Of a stretch of DNA of 64,000 nt, positions 22,301-36,888 are shown piece by piece. Numbering within the stretch: position 1 is the stretch's first letter; each line of letters opens with the position of its first letter. A program made the position numbers and the translations under genes. The DNA comes from Octopus bimaculoides (Eukaryota), in NCBI RefSeq assembly GCF_001194135.2, contig NC_068997.1:54578099-54642098 (forward strand), given 5' to 3'. The notes beneath the pieces are model-generated. The model ran no database searches. It was not told where the DNA came from and was given only the letters and a program-made list of their open reading frames with translations.

Positions 22301-25300
22301 TTGTAAAAGAAGAAACTTCATGTCAGTTACAAATGTATCTTGGAAACACATACTTTCATTGATAAGAATGAATAGGAATTCAAAATATCCATATAAAGAA
22401 AGACATTATACAAGTGACTATTAAAAAACCACTGCCTGGATAATTCTTTTTTCATGGAGATGGTATGTTGCAATGAGAAAAAATAACAGACCACTTGAGT
22501 CGTTGTTTCATTGTTTATTTTATTAAAATGACGTCAAACATGAACACACATGTTTAAATTAAACTGGAACAATCTTCATTTTTTTTATTTCTTTTTATTT
22601 ATTTTTTTTTTACATCATATTTCAGACTGTCAGGGGAAAAAAAATGAACTCTTATTCAGAGAGTAGAAAATGTTAACACTGACCAATTGGTCATATTTTT
22701 TTTTTAAATGTAACAATGAACATTTTAAAAAAATCAGTTTTTAAAATTTTCCATCAGATTTAACCAGTGGTTTAACTAAGAACCAGTTTAATTTTTGGGT
22801 ACAGACAAATAACAAATATTGGATTCTAACGTTTTTTTCACTTTTTTTTTTAATGTTTTCTATTTTTCATTTTAATTTTGTTAAATATCTTGTTTTGAAA
22901 TGAGAATTTTATTTTTGTATTTTGTCAAGTTAATAAAGAAACAGAATTTTTTGTTTGTATTTTGTAAACAAATGATGTAATATGTATGAAATATTACCTA
23001 GTATTATTCTAAACCAAAATATGAATGCCTTGAAACCAAAAGAAAACAAAAGTCACAGTGATAAATATAGGAACAATTAAAAGTTTATTTGCTGCATCAT
23101 CACTTTTTGTTGGTTTTTTTTTTGTTTAAACTTATAATCCATTCTTGGTTGGGTAGAATTTAAATTGACAGGGCTCCTTTAAGTATAGTCTGCAAGATAT
23201 CTGAGTTGATTACTACAAAGTTACCAACTCGCACATTGATAGTCAGTGTATTGAAATTGCGTGTGTATCTGAGTGAATGTTTGTGAGTGTGTTTGAAGAA
23301 ATGTGTGTGGGTGTTTTCAATGTGATCATGAACAAAACACAATACGTCTATTGATTTAACAAAAAACAAAAAATTCAAAGTGATGCCAAATTGTTGATTG
23401 ATTATTACTATTGATTTGTTAATGTGATTTATGCTGTATGTAATAAATTACTAACTTGATTTAATGTTACTTTAAAATATCTGTTATTCATTAATAAAAT
23501 TATAACACATTTGATTTTAATCTTTTTGATATGTGGAAACTAATGTGATAATATTTTTCCTCTTGTATTTATAATGAGTTATTAGAAGAGTTTTACTGGG
23601 TAAAAATGAGTTGTAACAAATCAGCATAAAGCATTGAACACTTGTGAGATCATTACTAAACAGAACTGTTATATCAAATAAAACAAACAAAAAAGAATAA
23701 AAAAATAAGGAGACATCAACATGCTACAATTTATTGGATAAGGTTTACAAGTGTTTTGTTTCAGAATTTTGTTAGATCTTTTTGACAATATCTTTCTATT
23801 AAAATTAAGGAAGGTGTCACTGCATGAATTATCATTTCTAGTCTGACTGAATGTTAATTCCTTTTAATGCATCTAAAGTGACTTAAATAAATAAAAAGTT
23901 AATTTGCAATAATTAACTGGAAGTTTTATTGTTGTTAGTAATAATTTATTTCATTAAAACAAAAAGATAATAATGAAGCTCTTCAGATATTCAGATCTTG
24001 ACAAAAGTGTAAATGTCTTATTTGAAGGTTGTAAGAAAATACACTGGAAGAAATACGTTGGTCCTGTTAGAAATAAATTGAATTATCGAATGCTTAGACA
24101 ACCTATTCTCTGACATAATAGAATTATAAGATTTTAATAAGATAAATTTGTGTACCATTGAAAAAGTTGAGAATTCTGTTGTTTTGAGCATGTTCTTCCT
24201 TCAAAGAACTCCACTTTCCCACACAGCACACAAGCATTATTGTTAAAATTTCATTAACTGTCTTGCACATAAGTATGTCCTGTTTACTAAGTATAAATAT
24301 TCTTTATTTAATCTTGCACATCTTATTGTTAGTAAATATTAAAAAAAACTTTATAAATTTCTATGAAAGCAACACATATACTATGAATCTCACTCTGCAT
24401 GTGTTTGTGTGTGTGTGTGTGTGTGTGTTTGTGCAATAGTTTTGTGTATCATTGTGTATATGTGTCTGCGATCATGAACATTATAAATTAAATGTACAAT
24501 ACACACACACACTTGAATAACTGGTATACTATCTAATATTTGTTATTAAAAGAAAAATATAAATTCTGAAATAAATTTGTGTAAATGATCTAAATTACAT
24601 ACTTTGTAGTAAGTCAAATCATGGTTTTTATCTCATAGAGGGAGGGAGAGGGGTTATGTCTCTGTGTGTTTGTAAGCATGAAGTAGTAAATAATATTCAT
24701 TTTTCACTATAATGAAATCATTTGTATGAATTAACCAATTGTACAACAAACACACATACATCTACACACTTGTGCATTCATGTATGTCTGTGTCTGGAGA
24801 TAATAGTATTTGCTCTTTGACACTGTGTTACATTAGACTATATAAACATGTATATATGTAGATAGGTCTGTAAACATTAGAAAAACCAAGTTGTTACATC
24901 TAAATATATTGTCTCCTCATAGATTTCAGTTTAGCAGTAAATTAAATGTGGAAAAAGATTGTAAGAAATAGATTTGTCTTAATATCTGCTTTATGTAATT
25001 CAATCAGAATAAAAAAAAAGTATTGTTTCATTTAATTTAATTGATTTTTTTTTAAAGAAATGATTTAAGAAATTGATATTACTTTTATTCTTTATTTCCA
25101 CTCAAAAATTATTTGCTTTCATTTCTATTTCTGTTTATGTGCTTTTAGTTTCATATGGCACACAATATAATTATCTTTCTAATATATTATTAGAAAAATA
25201 TGTAGCATCTCCTAACCGTTTTGATATTAATGTGACTTACAGGAATAATTCATCTGGAAATATCTTCCTTGTTTTCCTGTAGCCAGTCATATTCTCATAA

Positions 25301-25764
25301 CTTACTCATTCATGCAACAAACTAATAATTGCTAGATTTCATTTTTGTTTTTCCTTTTTTCTTTTCTATACTAAATATTGAGACTCGTTGAATTTTGTAT
25401 TTAAAAAAATGTCTTAAAAAATTAGTGGTATGTTTTATGTGTTCCATTTCTCAAGTTATTGTACGCTATAAATGAATATAGATACAGGAAATTAAAAGAT
25501 ATTTGTTTTATTTACTAGAAAAAAACATTATTGCGTATTGAATTTGCTTGAGATAAACTACAAAAATTAAAAAATTAAAACCATCTTGAATGTTTTAATG
25601 TGACTTTATCAATGTTATTAACTTAATATGACAATATCATTTCCTTTCTTCTAAATTTTTTTTTTTTGTTTTTCAAGAATCAAACTGAAATTCAAATTTC
25701 TTAATTTTAAATGTTTTTTTTATCTATTTCCTCATTTTGCAATTTGATATTTCATTCCTTTATT

Positions 25765-25949
25765 CTTTTACTTGATTCAGTCATCTTAACTGAGGCCATG
25801 CTGGAGCACCACCTTTAGTCAAACAAATTGACCCCAGCACTTATTCTTTCTAAGCCTAGTACTTATTCTGTCAGTCTCTTTTGCCAAACCACTAAGTTAC
25901 GGGCTGTAAACACACCAATATCGGTTGTCAAGTGATGGTGGAGGGACAA

Positions 25950-25986
<37 letters not shown>

Positions 25987-26140
25987 ATGGGCTTCTTTCA
26001 GCTTCCATCTACCAAATCCACTCACAAGGCTTTGGTTGGCCTGTAGCTATAAAAGACATTTACCCAAAGTGCCATGCAGTGGGACTGAATCCAGAACCAT
26101 ATGGTTGGAAAGCAATCTTCTTACTACACAGCCAAGCCTA
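25765..26140 (-). mobile_element. tRNA-derived SINE family A
   Basis: Colinear with 3914-4285. Confidence 0.9.
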
Positions 26141-26462
26141 AGATGCATAAAGATTTCTTCAATATTGCATTAACTCTGAACTGCTGGCAACACTGCACAA
26201 GTACAACTATAACAGCTAATAAAAAGGATATATTTGTCTACATGCAAATTAACTCTACATCAAGGTATTGAATACTATTTTCATATTGACAGATACAAAC
26301 ATTGTCACTTGCTATATCTTAATAAATTAATCTGTAAACAGAAGTTAGTGACTGATTACTAGGAAGTTATTTTTCATTATACTTTTAGGGTTGAAAACTT
26401 ACAGCAAAGGTGTCTGACAATTTATTTCTAGAACTGTCTTGAAAAGAGTTCACCTGAGAAGG

Positions 26463-26465
<3 letters not shown>

Positions 26466-26519
<54 letters not shown>
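26466..26519. repeat. (TA)n microsatellite
   Basis: Direct reading. Confidence 0.95.
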
Positions 26520-26521
<2 letters not shown>

Positions 26522-26756
26522 TTTAAAAATTCAACTAAATGTAGTAGCCATTACTTTGAATGTAATATACCTATGTTGGACCAACACAAATACTGTAATA
26601 CATTATTTATTAGTTTGATATTTTAAAGCAGTAAAATTTGCTACATTTTGTTATTGAGCAGAAGAACAGGAGCAATTTGACTGCTAAAATTGGATTTTAA
26701 AGAGAATATTAGTAAATCAGCAAGTAGCCAATAAATGTGTAGTCAGATATACTTAC

Positions 26757-26809
26757 CAATCTTTGTAAACTTCCTTGACAAACATCGTAAATGTCAAACA
26801 AGTTGATTT
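26757..26809 (-). CDS. Candidate short exon, product unknown
   Basis: tttatttaaacacag acceptor, TTG|gtaagt donor, 53 nt; open as INLFDIYDVCQGSLQRL or KSTCLTFTMFVKEVYKD. Confidence 0.25.
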
Positions 26810-26965
26810 CTGTGTTTAAATAAACCACTTAGAGTAGAATATAAAGCTTTAGTGGTGTCTTACAAAGTAAACATCTGCTAGTATTTACAAGAACTTTGAC
26901 ATACTTAACAGTTATGTTGTTCAAATAAAGATGTCGGCCATATATATTTCACACCATGTATGTAT

Positions 26966-27000
<35 letters not shown>

Positions 27001-27859
27001 ATTAGAATGGTAAATTTGACTTGCAAACATTTGTGTTTAAAGATTAATTAGCAAATTTTTTATCATTACTTATATTTTTTCTCTCAATCCTTATATTATA
27101 TTTTTGAAAGTTAAAAAGATTTTTAGACAAACTACGATCTATAGGGTTAAAATAAATATATAATGATTTATGGGTTTTTTTTGTATGTTTGTCATTAAGC
27201 CACAATGAAGTTTGAGATTGAATCTGCCAAGCTTGCTTTGATCTAAATTGTTATTTTAGTTTTATTATTATGGCAAAAACAAATAATTCTTTAATATTAT
27301 ATTTAAAGAGAAAATAACTTCTTCAAAGAACAGCTGCTTTGATTTTTTTTTTTTTTCTAATCTTTTTTAGTGATCTATAACTTAGAAATAGTGTTTCTTA
27401 AAGGGACTGAAAACATTTGGAATAAAAATAATTTTTTGAAACATCGATAACATTTATGTAATAATATTAATGACGATAATATTGTAAAATATATGATTTC
27501 ACTTTTTAAATCTTCTTAGTTACTTTAATTTTGTGAATTAAATAGCTTTAAATATTTTTGATTTTCTTTAAATGAAAATCAGATTTTATTCCTCCTAAAC
27601 TCTTAACTACACCTGACCAAATAATTTAGGGCCTGGAGGAAGTGAGCAGGTCAGTGTCCTTGGTCTTTGCAGGACCTCCTAAATTGTAAGATGGAAGCCA
27701 TGTTCCTTTTGAACTTTTGTAAATCAACACTTGCAAGAAAAATATGACTTTGGAAGGAATTTCAAAGAAGGAACACCAGGGCACCAGGGGACAGTGATTC
27801 GTAGAAGGGCTGATGACGATGGGTGGTGAACACGCAATCAAGAATAAATTTTTTCATAA

Positions 27860-28065
27860 GTAAGGTGTGCTTCCTAACTGTTTTCAGGTGTGGCACCTTG
27901 GGCTGCCATGTTTATATAAGTGTGTGTCTGTCCCCCACCAACTCGTGTTGGTTTGTTTCTGTCCCCCATAACTTCAGTGTTCAGCAAAAGAGATTTGTTC
28001 ACCTCGAACTCTTTAGAGCAGTGTCCCAACATGGCTGAAGTCTAATGACTAAAACAAATAAAAGG
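27860..28065 (+). mobile_element. Internally deleted SINE family A
   Basis: gtggcaccttggg, gtgttggtttgttt..ttcagcaaaagag and tail cccaacatggctgaagtctaatgactaaaacaaataaaag. Confidence 0.7.
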
Positions 28066-29538
28066 TAAATTTAAAAGTTATTATTTAGCATGAATGGTAA
28101 TTTAAAAACCAAATGCCTATCAATATTTTGATTTTTCCATCTATATTCTGTTTTCAAACATCACAGGGATTTACTTTGTCTTCCATTCTTCCATAGTTAA
28201 TAGATGAAGGTTATACTGGGGGGTCATCTAAATTGATTACATCTACTTACAACTTTACAACAATTTCTGTTGGTATAACATCCTACACTGTGCCAATGAA
28301 AGAAATCAATATTACAATAGTATCTCGTTAAACCATAATTAAAGAGATATTCAAATTCTTTGTGTTTTATTAACATTGCTTTATTTAAGCTTATGTTCTA
28401 ACTTTCAAAAATTTAATAAGTTCCCATGAAAAATAATGATTTTTAAAATTCTATTTTGTTGTTCAGAAACATAATTATGTTGTCTTTGATTTTTGTGAGA
28501 AGATATATCCTGGCTTTTTATAGAAATATCCTAATATCTAAACAATTGTCCGGTTAAAAAGTTGTCATAAGAGAAAGTGAACTTAGATTTTTTATGTATG
28601 CAGTAAATGTTAAAGACAACTGGTAAGATTCTATATAACAATCTAATTGTCAGTAGACTAGACAGACTTTTCAGTTAAATGCTGAATGTTTGATATACAT
28701 GTCATCTTCATTGCTCTATGCTATGCTGAGATTTATATTTAAAATGTTTTATTTGGAAACTATTCTCTCTCTCTAATTAGTTTGCTGTTGCTTTTCTATT
28801 TGGCTATCAGTCTATCAATTTCAATTAAGATTCATAAATATAACCAATATTTGAAAAGAAATAACTGTCAGTGATTTCAAGCCTCAAAACAATAATACAA
28901 TAATAATTAGTAATATTTGCTGTTGTATGTGTTTTTACTGCTCTTTTGCAGAAGTAAATTTATAATCCAGAGCTAGTTACCTGCTAAGTTATGGGCCTAT
29001 ATGTTTAGTTATTCATCATAGTTTACTGCAACGAAGCTTAAATTCCTATACCTTACAATACAATGGTTTTCCAATCTGGATATTTATCTTCTTCAAATTA
29101 AAATTGTAAAACCATAAGTTACAGTATTGTATTATTGTGTCAAATAGTTCAGTTGTTTTCAGAGTCTAGGGCTTTGGATCTGCTGTAGATCATATTTGTT
29201 AGTTTCCTCCACAAAATTACAATAAATGTAGTGAAATTCTTGTAGAGTAAAATACAGTATTTGTCAACATTATAATTGAGATGTTTTTGCCATCTCTAAT
29301 AACTGTAACCTAAATAAATTTCAACTTATTCTTTACAAACTAATCTGTATCTATGAATACATGTCAGTAAATAATACATGCATATCTCTAAAATAGCTCA
29401 GTTCGTCATAAATTTGTATATGTCTCATTCATTTTATTCTTTCTACAAATAAATAATAAAGTTTCCTAACTGTGCAAACTTTGATTAAATTCAAACAAAT
29501 ATATTTATATCCTGAACTATGTGAAATAACCAAGGGAA

Positions 29539-29598
29539 AAGTGGTCATGCTTCGTATTTAAAGTATCCAGTAGCATTTCTATACAGTTTATCCATTGT
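29539..29598 (+). repeat. 60-bp direct repeat, copy 1 (copy 2 at 30820-30879)
   Basis: 55/60 identical, no indels. Confidence 0.9.
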
Positions 29599-30819
29599 TG
29601 CATTCTGTGAACTAACACTCATAGAACAGGTAAGTAAATGTTGTGCTGGTGCCATATGAGATAAAACATCAGTCCCTACAATGCTTGAAAGCTATCGCTC
29701 TTACAAATGTAATTCATTTGAGAGAATTAAAATACTGTATCACAACCCTGCTACACTTACAATTATAGAGTGTGCTTACATTCCCTTGACCAAACTATTT
29801 TATTCAATGTTTGATAATCTCTCCTGTATTATCGAATCGAATGAAACGTTGAAGGCTAGTTACTTTGAAATCATTCCTCTGAAACAGTCTCTCCCTCGTT
29901 AGTCTCAGTCTACAAAATATTCTAGTCTTATTTCATTACCGGGAAAGAAAACAACCCTGCCAAATATGCAGTCTTATTTTAAACACTTTTAAAGGGGTAG
30001 AAATAAGTGTGCTGTATTATTGTTCTCTCCTCTAACCACTAGTTCATGTTATCAAGATCCAGATTTTCTTGGACTGTTTAACAGGTCAAGCTTTTATAGC
30101 CAGTAACTCTGAAATACTTTTCTGATACCAGTGTTATTGCCTCTGACCATCTTCACTGCAATTGTCTGTGGGATTTTGGTTGTCCCCAGCAACATGACTT
30201 TCAATCAACAATATCAACAGAATTTACTCGTATCCATTTGATTAAACCATGTGCAATCATCAGAAAAATGGCTGGTGCCTAATTCTCAAACCTTGATAAA
30301 TTGAGGCTTTTAACATCTTTCATGGAATGAAACAGTGAATATCTCTTGATTTCAGCTGTTCTCTGTGAACCTGATAAGATCTTGGGTTTACTTTTATGAA
30401 GTGTCAGTTATTTCTATTTTCTATCCACATTGAATATTGAACTGCTATAAGTTTTTATTGTTGCTGAATTAATTATTCAAAGTGATATGCTTTGCATATG
30501 GTTTTTCTGAAGCTGTAAGTAAACAGGAAAATTGACCAGAGTTTATTAGTTGAAATGTTACAGTGGAAATAAGGGAGAATTATAAAAGGATTAAACTATT
30601 TGATGATAACTTTCCTCTATTTATTTCAAAATTAGTATCTTCCCAATTTTTAATCTACATAATGAAATATTTTAATTTATGAATGTATCTAAATAAGATG
30701 TTATGAAGTTTGATTTCAGACTAATCAGGAAAAAAAAAATAAAGAAAGAAAAATTGTGATGATTTGAATTAAATGAGTTAAGTATCAGCAGGAACAATGA
30801 CAGGAGTGTATTATTGTGT

Positions 30820-30879
30820 AAGTGGTCATGCTTGATATTTAAAGTATCCAGTAGTATTTCTACACAGTGTATCCATTGT
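30820..30879 (+). repeat. 60-bp direct repeat, copy 2
   Basis: Matches 29539-29598; abuts the 5' end of the RTE fragment. Confidence 0.9.
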
Positions 30880-30884
30880 AAATG

Positions 30885-31600
30885 ATGGATATGCAAAAGA
30901 TGTAGTGGGGTTGCAAGCAGACTGAGAGAAAAGGTATACTCTGTTTATGACAGATGTACAGAAGAGTACACATAATCTCCTTGAAATACTTGTAGGGCTT
31001 CCCAGAAAGGGTCAGTCGCTCTTCTTACCTAGGTGACCTAATTAGCTGTGATGTTTGTTGTGGTCAGAGTATGAAAAGGAGTGGGGGATTTCTGAGAGTT
31101 ACTGCCTCTGCTGGCAACAAAAAGGTTTCTCTCATTTTGATGTACAGATTGAATGATGTTCATGTATGAAGTACAATATGTAAGCTTTGAGTGTGAAAGA
31201 TTTTGGAAGGTTAGACAAAAATGGAGGAAGCCTGCTTTTCTGGATGTACAATGTTAGTGACCATGAACAACAAAGAAGAAATGAGTTGAGAGAAAAGTTG
31301 TGTATCAGAGGAATCGGATGTCTTATGCAAAAGAGAAAGCTGCACTTGTAATGGCATCCGATGCATATGAAGGATGGCAGTTGCATAAAGAAGTATCAAT
31401 GTTCCAAATGGGTGGAACCTGTGGATGTGGAAAGTCAAGGAAGACATAAAATGGAATGGTGAAGACCGTTCTCAAGAGGCTGATTATCATGGAGAAGATG
31501 ACAAATGACTGTGACTCATGGCAAAGTGCTGACTAGAGAAGACCCACCCAAACAATGCATGCTTGGAAAAATGGGTGTAAAAAACCAGATGATAGTAGTG
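30885..31600 (+). mobile_element. RTE-clade LINE, 5'-truncated and degenerate (end of RT, C-terminal region, tail)
   Basis: Reads in pieces as KRCSG..FLYLGDLIS..GFLRVTASAG..GRLDKNGGSLLFWMYNVS..ELREKLCIRGIGCLMQKRKL..GKSRKT..MEKMTND, typical of the RTE/BovB-like C-terminus. The tail resembles gcatggaaaatggacgttaaa. Confidence 0.85.
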
Positions 31601-31679
31601 ATGGATATTGGGATGAATATTATTTACATTTGAATTTCTCTTGACCACAAAGTTTTTATTAAATCTTTATATACTGTTC

Positions 31680-32545
31680 TCCCTCTCTTTCACTCATCAT
31701 TCCTCCCCTCATCCATCATACATCTCTTCTATCAATGTGCCTCTCTATCACCATTTTCTCTGCCTGATTCTATGATGAGGATGGCATTGCATTGAATCTT
31801 TCCCTTTTTAGTTCATTCTATATCGTTTCTTCTTTATTGCTAGATCCTGTTCTTTCTCTCATTTTCCCTTCTCATACCTTTGTTGACATCCCTCACACTC
31901 TTTCTCTCTCCAAGCACTCCTTTACTTTTAGCACTCCCTATCTTATAACCTTCTTTCCCTCATGTCTCCCTCGTCTTTTACACCACACTTGTTTCTATTC
32001 AATCCCTTACCAACAAATGTCATATAGCAGTCTATTACCATTTCTTTTCCTTTATTCTTTTCTCACTCCACTCACTTTGGATTGGGTTCTCTTTCACCGC
32101 ACTCTCTTCTGGCTGTAAGGGATTACTACAGCTAAGGATCCAGCAACCCTGTGGTCAACGACTGAAAACAGTGTTAGGTAGAAAGAAATCTTTAGTCTTG
32201 CTAAGGACAAGTCCTATATGTTATGTTGTTGGTACCATTAAAAGTAATCATTGGCAAGGGAATGAAGACAAGAAAGGGTAGGACTCTGTAAACTTGTGAA
32301 GGACAAAGCAATCTCTTTAATGATACTGCCATGATAATAATGCACCCACTATATGATGTAAAGTGGTTGGTGCTAGGAGGGATATCTCGAAACCATGTCA
32401 GCAATGAGCCCTATGAATGAGATGATGTCCCCAGACTGTGTAGGAGGGCAGTAAATGGGAATAAGAACTGACTCTTAGACATCCCTTCAAACTCATACAG
32501 ACATGGAAATATAGACATAAAGATGATGATGATGATGATGATAAT
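31680..32545 (+). mobile_element. Non-autonomous RTE-tailed element (pyrimidine-rich 5' part, RTE 3'UTR, (GAT)n tail)
   Basis: gcacccactatatgatgtaaagtggttggtgctaggagggatatc..catggaaatatagacataaagatgatgatgatg. Similar organisation on the minus strand at 59333-59830 and 46105-46500. Confidence 0.65.
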
Positions 32546-32921
32546 ATTTATATCTGTGTGCTGGCAAAGAAATTATCAGGAATCCAAAAAGGAATCTGCA
32601 AAAGAGGAAGACTGAGGAAGAAATGGTGAAGGTTGATATCAAGATGGAGATGGTCAATGAAGATGCTGTGCTTCTTCCAACCCAAGCAGAGTTAGAAAAA
32701 CAGACATAAAATGTTGGTAGTTTATGTGCAGGCATTTAATGTTAGGCAGAGAGATTGTCACCCCTGTTATTATGGTGTATGCTATGCAGTAAATGATAGG
32801 TGAGTCAGTCTTCTACGAAAGAGGTATCACAACATTTTTGATATTTCCCCTAAGCTTATCAGGAACATTTTAACACTTCAGTAACAACGTAAGAAGAATG
32901 ATGATCATTATTGAATTAGCT

Positions 32922-32923
<2 letters not shown>

Positions 32924-32966
<43 letters not shown>
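32924..32966. repeat. (TG)n microsatellite
   Basis: Direct reading. Confidence 0.95.
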
Positions 32967-32970
<4 letters not shown>

Positions 32971-34558
32971 ATGTAAACTTTATAAATGCATTTGTTACAT
33001 TTGAAACAAGACAAGGTTATTAGTGTATGGAAAGAAGAGAAAAACTGCAATTTATCAGTTTTCGTTTGGCTTAAAGTAACAAATAGGATGTTGACTGATG
33101 TGGTAGCTCTAAGCTAAATTCTCAAGTTATTCAGATAATTGATAATCTCACTCACATTGTTGTAAATCTGCAATCAGAAAAGCGTCAACTGAAAAAAGGC
33201 AACTGCAAAGTTTGAGGATTAACTGTTTCCTTATGAATTCAAATCCAATTTTCATGTATTCATCATTGCTAATGATAATTACTCCAGTGTTATTACTTAC
33301 ATACATGCTTAACCACGTTATTGCAGAAATTGGATGTTGATATTTTGTCAAATTATATGGTTTCCTTTTTAAAAAGTTTTGTTTCTCAATGCAATCTCTT
33401 TGGGGATATTTGTAAATCAGATAAACATACATGCATGAAGACACACTTATACACAATTTTGCTGAACATTTTTACATAATTTGAGTAATTTTTTTAAGCT
33501 TAAACTTTTTGCTTTATGATATCTTTAACTTTACTTCCAAATTTTAATCAACATAAAACTTGTCCTAGATTTAAAGTCAATTTAAAGTAGTTCAGTATGA
33601 TTTCAACTTTACATCATTAAAATTGTGAATTTAGAGAATGCTTAAAAACTCCATAAGCTACCTGTAAGAAATAAAATAACACTCAAACCTTGTAAATTCT
33701 GCTTTATCGGTTATAAAAGATGGCCTAAATTAAAATTTTCTAGCTATTTTTGATATGAAAAGTTTATTCAAAGCAAATAGCTAATTTTAAATTTAATTCA
33801 ATAATTTGGGAAATAGAAATGAATTTCATCTTTTTTATACTGATTGTCAATTAAGAAAGTGAAATTTTTCAAAAAATCTTATCTCAGTACAAAAACATAA
33901 AAAAAGGTATTTGTCAGTTCTGGAAAGGTTTCAAAATAATATCTTTGAAAAATTGTTTTATTCAGACAGATTAATTCAAGTCATTTTCTCATTCCTAATA
34001 TTAATGTTCTTCAAAGAAAAGTCAAAATTTAAAAATTCATTTTTGTTTTAGCTTTGCCTAAACCTGTCAACTTATGGCTCTGAGTGATGAACAGAAACTT
34101 TTCATCAACAGGTATAACACAGATAAGTGCCCTAAAAAATAAACATTTAACTGTGTTAAAATTTCTTTATAGAAAAACTACTTTTTCTTCATTAACTAGC
34201 TTAGGAAATGAAAAATATATGAACATCTCATTATAAATATTATGATCTTCGATGATTTTATTTCATTGTTTTCTTAATAAATATATTAAATTAGTTGAAA
34301 ACACAAGTACAAAACACCATTAAAATATAACAAATTTGTTATATATATACTCAAATTTTGATTTAAAACAGTTATCAAAAAAAACACTTTTTAAAAAATT
34401 TTTTATAAAAGAAAATGTATTTCAAAACCAAGTCAAAATTTAAATAATATATTGATAATTTTTTTTATAAAGAAAAAAAATCGCTACAATTAATTTAGGT
34501 GTATTGTGGGATAAACTTTTTAAGGAACAAAAAGTTTTTTTCCAAATTTCCCATGCAG

Positions 34559-34603
34559 TCTGGTTAACACTGGTGATGTTAGGCAGAAGTATTTTGTCAT
34601 CAG
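34559..34603 (+). CDS. Candidate short symmetric exon, product unknown
   Basis: tttttttccaaatttcccatgcag acceptor, CAG|gtaagg donor, 45 nt; open as LVNTGDVRQKYFVI or WLTLVMLGRSILSS. Confidence 0.25.
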
Positions 34604-36887
34604 GTAAGGTTGTTTATCAACCAAATAAATACATTTTAAAACTCTTAGATACTGTGCCAGCAAAAAATTTTAAAAATACAAGCATCTTTTTTCCCTAAAA
34701 TATTTAAAATCTAAAGAGAAATTATTAAATTATAAATATTAAAATCCTCTGTTTCCTAACCATCTGGCTAGCCATAATTTCCTTGTATAACATAGCTGTG
34801 TTATATATTATTTGTGTGTGTGTAACATTATAGATAGGATTCTGTTGAAATATTTGGTTGAAAAATTAAACCAATTTAACTTTAGAAACTTAAGTTTTTC
34901 TAGTGTTTTTTTTTTAAAGTTTGACATTTATCATATGTAAGATAACTTTAGATGATTTCACTTTGAAATAAGCATTAAAAGAAGACAAAAAAAAAGAACA
35001 AAAACAAATCCTTGAATGAACACTGACATACAAAAGGAGACATGTTTTGTTTTTCCTGTGCTGCCACCTATTGCATGCAGACATTAAAAGAAAAAGAAAA
35101 AAAAACAAAGAGAAAAACGAAGAAAAAACTCAAACAATATTTTTTGTCCAACAACTTAATAGATGAATAAATACTATTGCATTCATTTTAGGTTGGTCTT
35201 TGGCAGTATTTCATTGAAGCTTTCTTACTTTATGGAATGAAATTCAGGATAAAGAAATATTTATAAAATAAACAAAAAACATTTTTTTTTTGTGTTTTTC
35301 TTTCTTCATTATACTTGTCTTAGATGTGTGTATATGTGTATATTTACAAGGGTGTAATAAATCACCGTTCACAACTTACTGAGGAATAAAAATCTCTAGT
35401 TGTAGTTTCTTGTTTGGTTTTGCTGCCAGATGTGAGCAGATTTGTTCAGAAAATGCTATCAAAGAGTATGTATTGAATAATTGTTTTTAAAAGTATATTT
35501 ACAAGGAATTAGTAGTTGTTATGTTAGAATGTTCTGCTTTGTCACTTTATAATATTAATTCTTATAGTTTGATCTACTTCTATCTCATTCCTTAGCAGGT
35601 GTATTTTAGGGTCACATGTAGTTTGAGGAATTTGTTGACATTTTCAACTGTGCATAATTCCATGCTTTCTCACATTACAGCATTCATTCATTCATCTATT
35701 CTTGTGATTACATACTTCTTTTAGTTTCTAGTTCAGAATAATATAACCTAAGGTATGTGTATATGGAAGTCAATACTTTAGGTAACAGCTAATGGAACTT
35801 ACCCAAGGTTCTAAAAGCTTGTTGTATTGGATAATTAAACAAAGAAACTTTGTTTTATCCTAGTTTTCTTGCTTACTTGAAAATATAAGGATCAAATCTA
35901 TTTATTCTATTCTTAAGCAAATCTGAATGGAACTTTAGCAGAAGCAATAACAACAATTCTTCTGAGGTCTTTAGCCATTTGTAGTTGAATCGAAATCAAT
36001 AAAATATATAAATTTGAGAAGTTTGTATTATTCCTATTATTGTTCGTTATTTTTGAAGAAATACTTCCTAGTGTTGTTACAGTAGCCTTATAGTTGAACA
36101 TCCACAATGACTCCTCATCTTTCTTGAACAATAACTGCTGACTACGTTAGCAATGGCTAAAACCAACATTATTTTTCTTTGCAATTTGGCGCTAAATGAA
36201 ATAACATGAAATATTCACACAGTTTCATTCTTTCATTCAATCTGAAAGATCTTTGTAGATGAATACCGCATTAATAAATAAATTGATGACGGCAGGATTC
36301 AGCCGACAACACACACACACATTCACACACACAAAATCACTGTTAGTCTGTCTGCATTGTACTAATTTCATTGCAGATCACCAAATAATTCCAGCAGATG
36401 GAAAATTTTGAATATCTTTCAATACGATTAATGGCAGCAGTTTGTGCACATTTTATACATTAACTTTATGTGTATCAATGTATACATAAGATTCCTTGTA
36501 TCCTTTTATATATGTACATCTTTTCTCCAAGCGCCATCCCCCAAAAGTAACATTTCTGGAGGCTGTATTATCAAAATAAAACTATTTTAGGCTGTCTAAA
36601 TTTATCAACTGCTACATTTATGCATATATCAATATTTATGAAGGAAACATAACTTTACTAACATAATATGAGTTTGTGTTTGTTTAGGTTTCTGTAAAAT
36701 GCGTTGTTCACATGGATAGAGGTGAATACATGTCTGCATCGATACAGTCAGGAAAGAACCGGACTTAAATTAGAATTGGAGATACATTATTTCTAGATGT
36801 TATTCAATCGATGTGCTTTTTGACAGGGAAGCAATTATAAGGAAGTTTTTATTCCCATATACTAAATATATGTTAAATTTGTAGGGT

Positions 36888-36888
<1 letters not shown>

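Noticed and set aside
31132-32735. ORFs 31132..31386, 31211..31447, 31792..32118, 32201..32404, 32493..32735 and 45774..46332
   Set aside because: Antisense or off-frame readings of RTE fragments and associated elements.
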